Part shown: in pieces, positions 17,783 to 27,771 of the stretch
Position numbering within the stretch: position 1 is the stretch's first letter
Layout: the number at the start of each line of letters is the position of its first letter
Source: Gemmatimonadales bacterium
GTDB lineage: Bacteria > Gemmatimonadota > Gemmatimonadetes > Gemmatimonadales > GWC2-71-9
Direction of reading: 5' to 3'
NCBI GenBank assembly: GCA_035763805.1
Contig: DASUAL010000039.1
Span: 20,465 to 84,464, forward strand
DNA length: 64,000 bases
Notes under the pieces: model-generated
Database searches by the model: none
Told to the model about the DNA's origin: nothing
Seen by the model: the letters and a program-made list of their open reading frames with translations, nothing else
Position numbers and translations under genes: made by a program

Positions 17783-19892
17783 GCAGCTCGCGCATGGCCT
17801 GCGTGAGATCCTCCGTCTGCGGCAGGATGAAATCCTCGAGGTCCGGTGCGTAGCCGACGAACGTGTCGGTCGACGCGACCCGTCGTACCGGCGCGTCGAG
17901 CCAGGGGAAGCACGCGTCGCCCAGCGTGGCCGCGATCTCCGCACCGTAACCCCAGGAGAGCGCGTCCTCGTAGGCGACGAGCACCTTGCCGTTCTTCTTG
18001 ACCGACGCCCCGATCGCGTCCCAGTCCACCGGCGAGAGGCTGCGGAGGTCGATCACCTCCACGCTCAGGCCGTCCTTCTCCTCGAGCTCTTTCGCGGCGA
18101 CGAGCGCGCGCTGCACGACGGCACCGTAGGTCACGATCGTCAGGTCACGACCCTGCCGCACCACCTTCGCCTTGCCGAACGGAATCATGAAGTTCGGGCC
18201 CGGGTTCGGGGCCTTGTTGTAGGTCTGTCGGTAGAGGTGCTTGTGCTCGAGGAACAGCACCGGGTCGTCGCAGCGGATCGCGGTGCGCAACAGGCCGTTC
18301 GCGTCGAGCGCCGTGCTCGGGCAGACGACGCGCAGCCCGGGGATGGACGTGAAGACCACCGCGCCGGTCTGCGAGTGGTAGATCGAGCCGCCCTTCAGGT
18401 AGCCGCCGTAGGTCACCCGCACGACGGCCGGTGCACTGAACGCGTTACTCGAGCGCCAGCGTATGGTGGCGAGCTCGTTGCGAAGCTGATGATACGCGGG
18501 CCAGATGTAGTCGAAGAACTGGATCTCGACGACGGGCTTGAGCCCTCGCGTCGCCAGCCCAATCGCGCGGCCCACGATGTTTGCTTCGGCGAGTGGGGTA
18601 TTGTAGACGCGGTCGCTCCCGAACTGCCGTTGCAGGCCCCACGTGACCTTGAACACGCCGCCCTTCCCCTTCACCTCACCGAGGTATTGCTCCCGGCTCA
18701 CGTCGGCCACATCCTCGCCGAACGCGATGATGCGCGCGTCGCGCGCCATCTCGTCCTTCAGACAAGCATTGAGCAGGTCCACCATCGTCGTGGGATCACC
18801 CGTGAACTGAGGATCGTCCTCGGTGTCGAACTGCTCGGAGGTAGGATCGACGTCCGGCGAGTAGACGTACAGCAGGGCCGACTCGGGCTTCGGTTGGGGC
18901 GAGGCCAGCGCCATGTCGGCGGCCACGGTGACCTCCTCCTCGACCTGCCGCTTGATCTCTTCGATCTCCGCTTCGCTGGCGACGCCGTCGGCGATCAGGT
19001 GCTTCGGGAAGGTGAGCGTGCAGTCACGCTTCGCCTCCTCTTCCCGCTCGCGCGGCGGTTTGTAGAGCACCTCGTCGTCGGACAGCGAGTGCGAGTAGGG
19101 CCGCGTGACGTGGGCGTGCACGAGCGCAGGGCCGCGGCGCTCGCGGCAGTGTTGCGCCGCGCGGGCCAGCACGTCGTAGCACGCGATCGGGTCGCAGCCG
19201 TCCACCTCCTCCACCAGGAGGTCGGGGAAGTTACGCACCAGCTTGGACACGGAGCCGCCCGCGGTCTGGACCTCGACCGGCACCGAGATCGCGTACTTGT
19301 TGTCCTCGATGAGGAACAACACCGGGAGCTTGAGGTTGCTCGCGCTGTTCAGGGCCTCCCAGAATTCCCCTTCGCTGGTGGTGCCGTCCCCGGCGGAAAC
19401 GTACACCAGCTCATCGCCCTTGATGGGCTTCTCGGCGATGGCATCGATGCGGTCATAGCGGAGCCACGCTTCGGCGCAACCGACCGCCTGCAGGAACTGC
19501 GTGCCGGTGGGGCTCGACTGGCTGACGATGTTCAGCGCCTTGTGGCCCCAGTGTGACGGCATCTGCCGACCGCCCGAGTTCGGGTCCTCGGCGGCGCCGA
19601 CGGCCGAGAGGAGCATCTCGGTCGGCGTCATGCCGAGGGTGAGGCAGAGGGCGCGGTCGCGGTAGTACGGGTAGAACCAGTCGTAGGCGGGGCGGAGCAC
19701 CTTGCCCGCCGCCACCAGCACCGCTTCGTGCCCGGCGCCCGAGATCTGAAAGAAGATCTTGTTCTGGCGCTTGAGCTGGATCTCCTTGTCGTCGATCCGG
19801 CGCGACAGGAGCGTCAGCCGGTACATGTCGAGGAGATCCGCTTTCGGGAGGGCCTTAGCGGCCTTGGATCTGGGGTGGGTCCGGGTCGCCAT
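17772..19892 (-). CDS. thiamine-diphosphate-dependent 2-oxoacid dehydrogenase E1 component, alpha and beta subunits fused
   Basis: Alpha part: [35 protein letters not shown], with TPP motif [21 protein letters not shown]. Beta part: [41 protein letters not shown]. Its stop overlaps the downstream start by 11 nt. Confidence 0.85.
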   Translation of the reverse strand: MATRTHPRSKAAKALPKADLLDMYRLTLLSRRIDDKEIQLKRQNKIFFQISGAGHEAVLVAAGKVLRPAYDWFYPYYRDRALCLTLGMTPTEMLLSAVGAAEDPNSGGRQMPSHWGHKALNIVSQSSPTGTQFLQAVGCAEAWLRYDRIDAIAEKPIKGDELVYVSAGDGTTSEGEFWEALNSASNLKLPVLFLIEDNKYAISVPVEVQTAGGSVSKLVRNFPDLLVEEVDGCDPIACYDVLARAAQHCRERRGPALVHAHVTRPYSHSLSDDEVLYKPPREREEEAKRDCTLTFPKHLIADGVASEAEIEEIKRQVEEEVTVAADMALASPQPKPESALLYVYSPDVDPTSEQFDTEDDPQFTGDPTTMVDLLNACLKDEMARDARIIAFGEDVADVSREQYLGEVKGKGGVFKVTWGLQRQFGSDRVYNTPLAEANIVGRAIGLATRGLKPVVEIQFFDYIWPAYHQLRNELATIRWRSSNAFSAPAVVRVTYGGYLKGGSIYHSQTGAVVFTSIPGLRVVCPSTALDANGLLRTAIRCDDPVLFLEHKHLYRQTYNKAPNPGPNFMIPFGKAKVVRQGRDLTIVTYGAVVQRALVAAKELEEKDGLSVEVIDLRSLSPVDWDAIGASVKKNGKVLVAYEDALSWGYGAEIAATLGDACFPWLDAPVRRVASTDTFVGYAPDLEDFILPQTEDLTQAMRELHAF

Positions 19893-19907
19893 AGGCTGAA
19901 AGATAGC

Positions 19908-21515
19908 TCACTCCGGGCCGGCTAGAAGCTCCGGGAGCCTGGGGAAGTACGTGAGGGCGGCCCGGATGTCCGGATCATTCCGAATCCTGAGCTGCACCCC
20001 GCCGTCCGGCGGCCAGCGCACGTCCGCCGCGCGCCCCGCGAGCGATAGCGCGAGCCGTTCGGCGACGAGGCTATCGGGCCGTGCGTTCACGTGAAGACGC
20101 CTGCGCACGCGCTCAAGGAACGGCGCGAGCAACCTCTCGTGCCACTGCGCCCGACCCGCGAGCCATTGCGCGCGAGCCACGGGTGTCGCGGGCAGGGTCA
20201 ACGCGACACTGTCCGCGACAGCCACGTCGAACCCGCTATCGGTGGCGACGCTCCACCACACCGGCAGCTCGGCTGGCGCAGGGAGCGGCACATCAGGGAC
20301 GATCCCGCCACCCCCACGCACCTCGCGTCCCCGGCCGGTTCTAAAGACGACAAGCGTATCCTCCTCGGCGCCCGACTTCCCCGCAAACGACCGATACTGC
20401 TGCACGCCGATGCCCTTGTAGCGGCGCTGGATGACGCGGCCGCTCGGCGTATGGACCCGCGCGATCGTGAGCTCCACCATGTCGCCGGATGGCATGATGA
20501 AGAACCCCGTTTGCACCAACGCCTTCCCGAAGGTGCGGCGTCCGAGGACGAGGGCACGGTCATGGTCCTGGAGCGACCCCGCCACCGCCTCGGACGCGCT
20601 CGCGCTGCGCGAATTGACGAGGGCGATGAGAGGCATCTCGCGGAAATCGCCATCCCGCCTGGTCACGTAGTCCTGGCTCGCGCCCTTCTTTCGTCCTTTC
20701 GTCCGGAAGATCACGGTACCCTTGGGGAAGAACTCGGCGGCGATCTCCACCGCCGCGTCCACGACCCCACCAGGGTTGCCGCGGAGATCGAGGATCACCT
20801 GACGCGCGCCTTGACGCTTCAGCTGGTTGACGGCGTCGTGCACCTGATCGCCCGCTTTCGGGCCAAACCACGCGAGCCCGACGTACCCGGTGACCGAGTC
20901 GGCCATGCCGGACATCTGGACGGCGGACTCGGCTTCAAGGAAGGTGCGCTTCAATGTAACCGCGAACGTGTCCGGCTCGAGGCGCGGCCCGCGCTCGAGC
21001 TCGACGCGGACTTTCGACCCCTTCGGCCCTGCCAGGTGGCGCTCGAGCTCCTCAATCTTGAGCCCGACGACGGAAGTGTCGTTGATGCGTACGACTCGAT
21101 CCCCCGGGAGCACGCCCCCCTTGGCGGCCGGGCTGTCGCGCCGCACGCTCAGGACCGTTGCCGTGCTGTCCTCCTCCGCGAGCTCCATGCCCGTGACCGC
21201 CAACTCGCCTCGCTCCAAAGCGGAACGCGTCTCCCAGTCTCGCCGCGACACGAAATAGCTGTGCGGATCGAGCGAGCGGAGCATCCCGTCGATTGCCGCA
21301 CGCACGAGCCCGGTATAGGTGACGGAGTCGGCGTAGTTCAGACGGATATGGTTGAGCACGGCGGAGAAGATCTGCAGCTCCTCGTAGGCGGGGGTCTGCT
21401 GCGCGCACAGGCCGTTGGGTGGCAACGCAGCGAGCGACAGCGCCGCCAGCGCCGCAACGACTGCTTTACTGCAGTGAGGCGAGGCGCTGCTTCGCGTCCG
21501 CGATTTGTCGGTCAT
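19908..21515 (-). CDS. S41-family C-terminal processing (tail-specific) peptidase with PDZ domain
   Basis: ATG 21515 (codon 106 of the track ORF; upstream codons are out-of-frame overlap with the TPR gene). PDZ segment VLSVRRDSPAAKGGVLPGDRVVRINDTSV. Catalytic LVNSRSASASEAVAG and GRRTFGKALVQ. Confidence 0.8.
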   Translation of the reverse strand: MTDKSRTRSSASPHCSKAVVAALAALSLAALPPNGLCAQQTPAYEELQIFSAVLNHIRLNYADSVTYTGLVRAAIDGMLRSLDPHSYFVSRRDWETRSALERGELAVTGMELAEEDSTATVLSVRRDSPAAKGGVLPGDRVVRINDTSVVGLKIEELERHLAGPKGSKVRVELERGPRLEPDTFAVTLKRTFLEAESAVQMSGMADSVTGYVGLAWFGPKAGDQVHDAVNQLKRQGARQVILDLRGNPGGVVDAAVEIAAEFFPKGTVIFRTKGRKKGASQDYVTRRDGDFREMPLIALVNSRSASASEAVAGSLQDHDRALVLGRRTFGKALVQTGFFIMPSGDMVELTIARVHTPSGRVIQRRYKGIGVQQYRSFAGKSGAEEDTLVVFRTGRGREVRGGGGIVPDVPLPAPAELPVWWSVATDSGFDVAVADSVALTLPATPVARAQWLAGRAQWHERLLAPFLERVRRRLHVNARPDSLVAERLALSLAGRAADVRWPPDGGVQLRIRNDPDIRAALTYFPRLPELLAGPE

Positions 21516-22650
21516 ACCGGCTCGGGGCGAGCGCAAGGAAGCGAGTGAAGGCAGCGCGAGCGTCGTCTCTCTTCTGTAGCAACTGCGCCACCACGCCCAG
21601 GTAGTACGGAACGCGCGAATCGCGCGGGCTCGCATCCATGGCCTGACGCAGCGTCTCCTCCGCTTCGGCCAAGCGGCCGGCGCCAGCGTAGGTCTTGCCG
21701 AGGTCCAGCAACAGGCTCGGATCGTCGGGGTTCGCGTTCGCGGCGTTTCGCCGCTCCACGATCGCCTGGTCCCAGTTCCGATGCATCTCGGCGATCTCGG
21801 CAAGGCGTACGTGCGCCATATACAGGCCAACGTCGTTCTCGAGCGCCTCGCGGTAGAGCTGCACCGCCTCCTCGAGCGTCCCGGCTCGGTGCTTCAGGAC
21901 AGCGAGCATGTATCGATACTGGTTCGTCTCCATGGGGATGTAGTAAGTGAGCGAGTCGGGATTCTGGTGTCGCGACATGCGCTCGAACAAGAAGCTGAAA
22001 TCCCGGATCGCGTCGTCCCACCGGTAGATGTGGGCTGCCGCGAGGCCGCGGTAGTAATACACGAAGTTCGCCATCCCCTCCCGTTCGACTTTGGTCGGTG
22101 CGTCGTCGATGAGCCGGTTGAGGCGGTTGTACGCGGCTTCGTAGCGACCTGCCTCGATGTCCTCGAATCCGCCAAACACATAGTCGTAAATCCGGCTAAG
22201 CGCGTCGGTGGCGGTCCAGTAGACGGATTTTGGCGGCCGGACCGCAGCCTCGATCCGCAGCTCCACCAGGGGATCGATCAGGAACGCCCGGCGGTACAGA
22301 CGGTCCGCGTCACGCAGGGTGTTGCGCACGGAATCCGACACCCGGCCGTCGTGGATCTCCTCCCACAACCGGTCGCTTCTCGCGAACGGCATCCGACCGA
22401 GAGCAAGCCAAGCGGCGGCGAGTTGCGGCTCGATGGTCACCGCCGTCCGCAAGGCTCGCTCCGCGTCGTCGTAGCGGTTGGCCGCGAGGTAGCCGAGCGC
22501 CACGTTGTAATGCGCAGCGGCGTCGTTCGAGTCCTTGTGAACGCGGTCCTCCAGCTGCGGTAGCTTCACCGGTAGCTTGATGCGTTGCGCTGCCAACGGC
22601 CCGACCGCGACCGTGGCACCCAGCAGCGCCAGCTTTAGGCTCCGCAGCAC
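21466..22650 (-). CDS. secreted TPR-repeat protein
   Basis: Signal peptide MLRSLKLALLGATVAVGPLAAQ. Repeated AxxYNVALGYLAANRYDDAERAL-type TPR units. Strong SD AAGGAGG lies 4 nt upstream of the GTG start. Confidence 0.75.
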   Translation of the reverse strand: MLRSLKLALLGATVAVGPLAAQRIKLPVKLPQLEDRVHKDSNDAAAHYNVALGYLAANRYDDAERALRTAVTIEPQLAAAWLALGRMPFARSDRLWEEIHDGRVSDSVRNTLRDADRLYRRAFLIDPLVELRIEAAVRPPKSVYWTATDALSRIYDYVFGGFEDIEAGRYEAAYNRLNRLIDDAPTKVEREGMANFVYYYRGLAAAHIYRWDDAIRDFSFLFERMSRHQNPDSLTYYIPMETNQYRYMLAVLKHRAGTLEEAVQLYREALENDVGLYMAHVRLAEIAEMHRNWDQAIVERRNAANANPDDPSLLLDLGKTYAGAGRLAEAEETLRQAMDASPRDSRVPYYLGVVAQLLQKRDDARAAFTRFLALAPSRYDRQIADAKQRLASLQ

Positions 22651-22665
22651 GGCTCCTCCTTGACC

Positions 22666-23412
22666 TCACGACCAGCGCGCGCGTGCAGGAATGTTGACCC
22701 AGAGCCAGCCAGCTGTATAGGGCGGTTTTGCGGCACGCTGGGCCTGATTTGCGACATCCCGGGCACACGGGTGGAGTGCCCCCCGCCTTTCGGACCAAGG
22801 GGACCACTGGGACGTACAGGAAAGCAGTCGGTTGGGGCTGGGAATGAAGCGGCCACCTCCGTGATGTTCGGCTGGCGAGCGGTTGGCTAAGCTGCGATGG
22901 GGCCGCTCGGTGTTGTAGTCCACCCGCCAGCCGTCGAGAATCTGCTGGGCCTCGGCGATCGAGGCAAACCAATGTTGCGAGAGGCACTCGCGCCGCAGCG
23001 AGCCATTGAAGGCCTCGATGAGGCAGTTGTCCCCGGGTTTGCCTGGGCGACTGAAGTCGAGCTGGACGTGATTCCAGTACGCCCAGGCATCAAGTGCCCG
23101 CGAGGTGAACTCCGTCCCGTTGTCCACGGTGATCCAGCGGGGCAGTGCGCGCTGGGCGCCGACGTCCTGCAGCACGCGGGCCACGGCCTCGCCGCGGAAG
23201 CGCGCCTGGGCCACGAGCGCCAGACTCTCGCGCGTGTAGCTGTCGATCAGCGTCAGCACCCGGACGAGCCGTCCGTCGGCCAGGGTGTCGTGCATGAAGT
23301 CCATCGCCCAGACTTCGTTCGGCTGCGTCGCGATGCGGCGCGGGCCGCGCGGTACGGCGCTCCGCCGGCGGCGAGGCCGCTTGCGCCCCGGAGCCGACGG
23401 CCCAGCCCGCAA
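22666..23412 (-). mobile_element. 5'-truncated IS3-family (IS407-group-like) transposase OrfB remnant; no OrfA and no N-terminal part
   Basis: rve/DDE core: NEVWAMDF..LIDSYTRESLA..WITVDNGTEFTSRALDAWAY..LDFSRPGKPGDNCLIEAFNGSLRRECL..YNTERPHRSL. The ORF starts inside the usual OrfB (about at the KRPRRR segment) and has an unnatural C-terminal read-on. No orfA-like coding lies upstream of 23412. Confidence 0.75.
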
Positions 23413-23544
23413 CCTATCGCTTTCTGTTAGTCCTCGTGGTCCGAGAATCCGGGAGCCCCGCCGGTTCCTATCTTGGCACCGCGCCAGCCCAGGTCAATAT
23501 TTCAGGCCGGGTACCACCGTCACTCGACGAGCGAGAGCGCTGCC

Positions 23545-24027
23545 ATGGATGACGCGGCCAAGAAGACCGTCCTGCGCCACTTCCCCTACGGCCTCTACGC
23601 CCTGACCGTGAAACACGGCGGCGAGGAGCACGGCATGACCGCCAACTGGGTCACCCAAGCCTCGTTCGAGCCACCGATGGTCGCCGTCGCGGTCGAGAAC
23701 ACGTCCAAGACCATCGGCATGATCCGCGACGCGCACCATTTCGCGATCAACCTGTTCCAGCAGGGCCAGCGCGAGCTCGCCGGGAAGCTCGGCCGCGCCT
23801 CCGCCAACGCGCCTCAGAAGTTGAAGGGCATAAAAACGAAACCGGCGCCCGTTTCGGGGGCGCCGATCCTGGCCGACGCGCTAGGGTGGGTCGAATGTCG
23901 CGTGGTCGCAACCCTCCCCAGCGGGGACCACACGCTGGTGCTGGGCGAGGTGGTGGAGGCGGGCGCAGAGCACGAGGGCGCACAGCCGCTGACGCTCCAG
24001 GAGGCGGGATTCAAGTACTCGGGCTAG
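23545..24027 (+). CDS. flavin reductase-like domain protein
   Basis: ATG 23545 (codon 25 of the track ORF). VLRHFPYGLYALTVKHGGEEHGMTANWVTQASFEPPMVAVAV..HTLVLGEVV is typical of the flavin reductase family. Confidence 0.8.
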   Translation: MDDAAKKTVLRHFPYGLYALTVKHGGEEHGMTANWVTQASFEPPMVAVAVENTSKTIGMIRDAHHFAINLFQQGQRELAGKLGRASANAPQKLKGIKTKPAPVSGAPILADALGWVECRVVATLPSGDHTLVLGEVVEAGAEHEGAQPLTLQEAGFKYSG

Positions 24028-25682
24028 GGCCGGTCGTACACGACCTTCCCTCCGACGATCGTCATGCGCACCTTCGCCTGGTCGAGCGACTCCGGCGGGA
24101 TCGTGAAGAGATCGCGGTCTAGCACCACTACGTCCGCGTAGTACCCGCGTGCGAGCGCGCCCCACTTCCCCTCGTTGAACGTCGCGTAAGCGTTGCCGCC
24201 AGTGTAGGCCCGCAGCGCCTCGCCCACGGTCATCTTCTGGTCAGGCACCCACCCGCTCGGGTTCCTGCCGTCGAGCGTGCGCCGGGTGACGGCGGCGTAG
24301 ATACCTGACATGGGATCGAGCGGTGCCACGCTCCAGTCGGACCCGAACGCTGGCCGCGCGCCCGTATCGAGGAGTGTCCGGAAGGCGTAGGTCGTCGTTA
24401 TGCGCACCGGGCCCACCCGCTGTTCCACCCAGCGCCCGTCGTCGATCGCGTGGTAGGGTTGCATCGAAGGGAGTACGCCGAGCTTCCCGAACAGCGGGAT
24501 CTCCTGCGGCCGCAGGTGCTGGGCATGCTCCACGCGAAATCGTCGGTCGCGCGGCCCATGGGCCCGTGCCACACTGTCGAAGATCGAAAGAAGAATGGCG
24601 TTGGCGCGGTCGCCGATGGCGTGGACCGCCACTTGAAGCCCGGCTGAGTCCGCGCTGCCGACCCAAAGGGCGAGGTCCTGCGCCGAGGTCTGCATCAGCC
24701 CCACGTACCCCGCCGAGTCGGCGTAGGGCTCGAAGAAGTAGGCCGTGCGCGACCCGGCCGAGCCATCCACGTAGCCCTTGAGACCGCCGATCCGCACCCA
24801 GTCGTCGCCCTGTCCCGAGCGTCGCACCGTGTCCGCGACATCGCGCCAGCGCTCGAGCGGCAGGTAGAGCGCCACCCGCGCCGTCATTCGGCCGGCTTGC
24901 GCCAGCCGCCGGTAGGTCGCGAGATCGGCCCACGACGCCGACATGTGAGCAATAGCCGTAACGCCCACGGAGGCAGCGTGGGCCAGCGCGCGCGCCAGCG
25001 CCGAGTCGCGCTGCTCCGGCGACGGCGCCGGCACGGCCCGCCCGATGAGGCCCAGCGCCTGGTCCTTGAAGATGCCGATCGGCTCGCCGGTCTTCAGATC
25101 GTGCAGGATCTCTCCGCCCGGCGGGGTGGGAGTGTCTCTCGTTACGCCGGCGGCCCGCAGCGCAACGCTGTTGGCGAGCGCCTCGTGCCCGTCCAGCCGG
25201 CTCACAAACACGGGATTGCTCGGCGTAACCGAGTCGATCCACTCACGCCGCGGGAGCGGCTGGCCGGGCCAGAGCGTGTGGTCCCAGTCGCCGCCCAGGA
25301 TCCACTCCCCAGGCTTGAGCGTCTTCGCCTGTTCCTTGAGCCGCCGGACGAACTCGCGCGGCGTCGCTGCGTCCCGCAGGTCCACCGAAGCCAGCTGGAA
25401 CCCGCCGTCGATGAAGTGCGCGTGTCCGTCGGCGATGCCGGGCATCACGAGCCCGCCGTCGGCACGGATGATCCGAGTCTTCGACCCCACATAGGGGGCG
25501 ACATCGGCCGAGTCGCCGACGGCAAGGATTCTCCCTCCCCCGATAGCCACTACACCTCGCTGCGGCTGCCCGCTCGAGAGCCCGGTCCACACCAACCCAC
25601 CGGCGATCACGGTGTCCGCCTTCCGGCCGCAGGCGGCGAGCGGCAGGCACAGCAATCCCATGACGAACCGGCGTCGGATCAT
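24024..25682 (-). CDS. amidohydrolase-family (Amidohydro_3-like) metal-dependent hydrolase lipoprotein
   Basis: Lipobox LCLPLAAC. MPGIADGHAHF (HxH), VAVHAIGDRA, RVEHAQH, FGSDWSVAP. Confidence 0.85.
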   Translation of the reverse strand: MIRRRFVMGLLCLPLAACGRKADTVIAGGLVWTGLSSGQPQRGVVAIGGGRILAVGDSADVAPYVGSKTRIIRADGGLVMPGIADGHAHFIDGGFQLASVDLRDAATPREFVRRLKEQAKTLKPGEWILGGDWDHTLWPGQPLPRREWIDSVTPSNPVFVSRLDGHEALANSVALRAAGVTRDTPTPPGGEILHDLKTGEPIGIFKDQALGLIGRAVPAPSPEQRDSALARALAHAASVGVTAIAHMSASWADLATYRRLAQAGRMTARVALYLPLERWRDVADTVRRSGQGDDWVRIGGLKGYVDGSAGSRTAYFFEPYADSAGYVGLMQTSAQDLALWVGSADSAGLQVAVHAIGDRANAILLSIFDSVARAHGPRDRRFRVEHAQHLRPQEIPLFGKLGVLPSMQPYHAIDDGRWVEQRVGPVRITTTYAFRTLLDTGARPAFGSDWSVAPLDPMSGIYAAVTRRTLDGRNPSGWVPDQKMTVGEALRAYTGGNAYATFNEGKWGALARGYYADVVVLDRDLFTIPPESLDQAKVRMTIVGGKVVYDRP

Positions 25683-25693
25683 GCGGTGCTCCT

Positions 25694-25966
25694 TCAGCGC
25701 AGCTTGGTGATGCGGCGGATCGTCTCGAGCGCGCTGATCGGGTCGGCCACCGGGTTGTTGGTGGCATGCCCCTCCGCCTGCGCCGGCGACGCCGTCAGCC
25801 CGTCACGAATGTCGAGCAGCACCTCGAGGAGCAGCTGCTCGCGCTGGTAGGCGGCGTCGAGGTCGGCCATGCGCGCGGGGTCCCCGGCCGCCTTCGCACG
25901 CTCGTATGCCTCTCGGTAGATCGCCTCGAGATTATCGAGGATGCGTTGTCGCGGCCGTGGACTCAT
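25694..25966 (-). CDS. small hypothetical protein (90 aa)
   Basis: Track ORF. Helical, charged sequence with coding-like composition. No family recognised. Confidence 0.45.
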   Translation of the reverse strand: MSPRPRQRILDNLEAIYREAYERAKAAGDPARMADLDAAYQREQLLLEVLLDIRDGLTASPAQAEGHATNNPVADPISALETIRRITKLR

Positions 25967-25992
25967 GAACGCGAAAGATATAGCTTGGCCGG

Positions 25993-26523
25993 ATGAGTCT
26001 CAAAGGCAAGAAGGTGCTGTTCTTCGCCGGGCCGCTGTACGAAGACCTCGAGCTCTGGTACCCGAAGATCCGACTGGAGGAAGAGGAGGCCACGACGACC
26101 GTGGCCGGGCTGGGCGAACGCACGTATCAGGGAAAGCGCGGCTACCCGGTCACCGTGGACGCGAACGTCGACCAGCTCGACGCGGCCCGCTTTGACGGGC
26201 TCGTCATCCCGGGTGGGTTCGCCCCCGACCAGCTCCGCCGCTACGATCGGGTGCTTCAGATCACGCGCGAGATCTACCACGCGGGAAAGCCCCTGGCGTT
26301 CATCTGTCACGCTGGCTGGGTGCCGATCTCCGCGAAGATCCTCAAGGGCAAGCGCGCGACGAGTGTGCGGGCGATCAAGGATGACATGGAGAATGCCGGC
26401 GTAATCTGGGAGGACGCACCGGTCGTGGTAGACGGGAGTCTCATTTCCTCCCGCACTCCGGCCGACCTGCCCCACTTCTGCAGGGCGCTGATCGCGGCGT
26501 TACGCCAGCGGCCGCAGGACTAG
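25993..26523 (+). CDS. DJ-1/PfpI family protein (class I glutamine-amidotransferase-like)
   Basis: KKVLFFAGPLYEDLELWYP..FDGLVIPGG..KPLAFICHAGW (nucleophile Cys-His)..VVVDGSLISSRTPADLPHF. Confidence 0.85.
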   Translation: MSLKGKKVLFFAGPLYEDLELWYPKIRLEEEEATTTVAGLGERTYQGKRGYPVTVDANVDQLDAARFDGLVIPGGFAPDQLRRYDRVLQITREIYHAGKPLAFICHAGWVPISAKILKGKRATSVRAIKDDMENAGVIWEDAPVVVDGSLISSRTPADLPHFCRALIAALRQRPQD

Positions 26524-27753
26524 TCCGCTCGGCACCTTCGGAACGAAGTACGTGGACTTCGGGGGCATCGCGTCTCCCGCGTCCGCCACCGCGAACACCT
26601 GCTCCACCTTCGTCGGATTCAAGAGCACCGCGGCCGCCGCCTTGCCGAGCCGCACGGCGTCGAAGGCAGCGTGCGGATCCCCCGTGTAGGCGAGCGTCGG
26701 CGTCACGGTCCCGGCCCCGAGGATGTGCTGCACCACGAGCGCCTCGATGCGCGCCACGTCGAGCGCGCGCACCGCCGGGGTGCGGCCCAGCTCGGCCACC
26801 TCGTCGAGCGGCGCGTCTCGCTTGAGGACGAGCGTGACGTCGTATTCGTGGGGGAAGGCGACGATGCAGGCGGTGCGGCCCCGACCGAGCTCCGCCAGGC
26901 GCTCGATCCGGTCCATGCACGGTGCCACCCGCCCGATCTCGAACCACGGGCGCCACCCGGCGATCAGCCTCGCGGCGTCCCGCTCCGCGCCGAAGATGAT
27001 GCGGTGCGTCGGGAGGATCGTGAGCCCGGGGTCGCTCGCGGACACGATGAACGAAAGCACCCGGTCGGCCGACGGATTCTCTTGCGCGTACGCAACTGCG
27101 GTCTCGTAGCGATGATGGCCGTCGGCGATGTACAGCTGTGCCCGCCCCGCGAGCTCGGCCAGCCCAGCCGCATCCTGACCGGACACGGCCCACAGGCGGA
27201 TCCCCACGCCATCGAGTTCCGCCCGCGCCGCGGGCACGCCGCGCCCCGCTCGGGCCAGCGCCATCGCCAGCGCGCCGTCGGGGTCGGGGGCGAGCACGAA
27301 GATCGACTCGAGGCTGGTGCCGGTGGCGCGGAGCAGCGCCAGCCGGTCCGCCTTCGGGGCCGCGTGGGTTCTCTCGTGTGGTCGCACCCGCCGCGTGCCG
27401 AACGGCTCCGCCCGGACGCCCGCAAACATGCCAGTGCGCGTGCGCCGGTCGCCCGAGGGAAGCGCGTAGTCCTGGGCGACGATGTAGACCGAGTCGGCGG
27501 CGTCGACGCGCAGGACGCCTTCCCGGCGCCAGGCCGCCAGCAGCCCGGCGGCGCGCGCGTAGCGGTCGCCCTCCGCCGGCGCTTCCGGCAGGGTGAGGTG
27601 GACGATATTGTGGAGGTCGTGCGTGGCGTAGCGCCCGCGTTCCTCCGGCGGGATCACGTCGTACGGGGGGGCGATAAGCGCGCTCAGCCGGTCCTTCGCG
27701 ACGTAGCGCTCGCCACGGAACGGGGTTACCAGCGGCGGCAGATCGGCGTTCAC
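26500..27753 (-). CDS. DUF1015-family protein
   Basis: PFRGERY..LSALIAPPYDVIPPEE..NIVHLTLPE..YIADGHHRYETA. I prefer GTG 27753 (in frame). The track start 27930 would overlap the divergent ypjD-like gene. Confidence 0.7.
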   Translation of the reverse strand: MNADLPPLVTPFRGERYVAKDRLSALIAPPYDVIPPEERGRYATHDLHNIVHLTLPEAPAEGDRYARAAGLLAAWRREGVLRVDAADSVYIVAQDYALPSGDRRTRTGMFAGVRAEPFGTRRVRPHERTHAAPKADRLALLRATGTSLESIFVLAPDPDGALAMALARAGRGVPAARAELDGVGIRLWAVSGQDAAGLAELAGRAQLYIADGHHRYETAVAYAQENPSADRVLSFIVSASDPGLTILPTHRIIFGAERDAARLIAGWRPWFEIGRVAPCMDRIERLAELGRGRTACIVAFPHEYDVTLVLKRDAPLDEVAELGRTPAVRALDVARIEALVVQHILGAGTVTPTLAYTGDPHAAFDAVRLGKAAAAVLLNPTKVEQVFAVADAGDAMPPKSTYFVPKVPSGLVLRPLA

Positions 27754-27771
27754 GATTGCCTGGAGCCTTCC

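Noticed and set aside
22661-22700. TGACCT.. at 22661 (or TGACCC.. at 22695) as the surviving terminal inverted repeat of the IS3-family remnant.
   Set aside because: Only a 5-6-nt resemblance to IS407-type ends, with two competing candidates and no second end to pair with. The boundary is left fuzzy.
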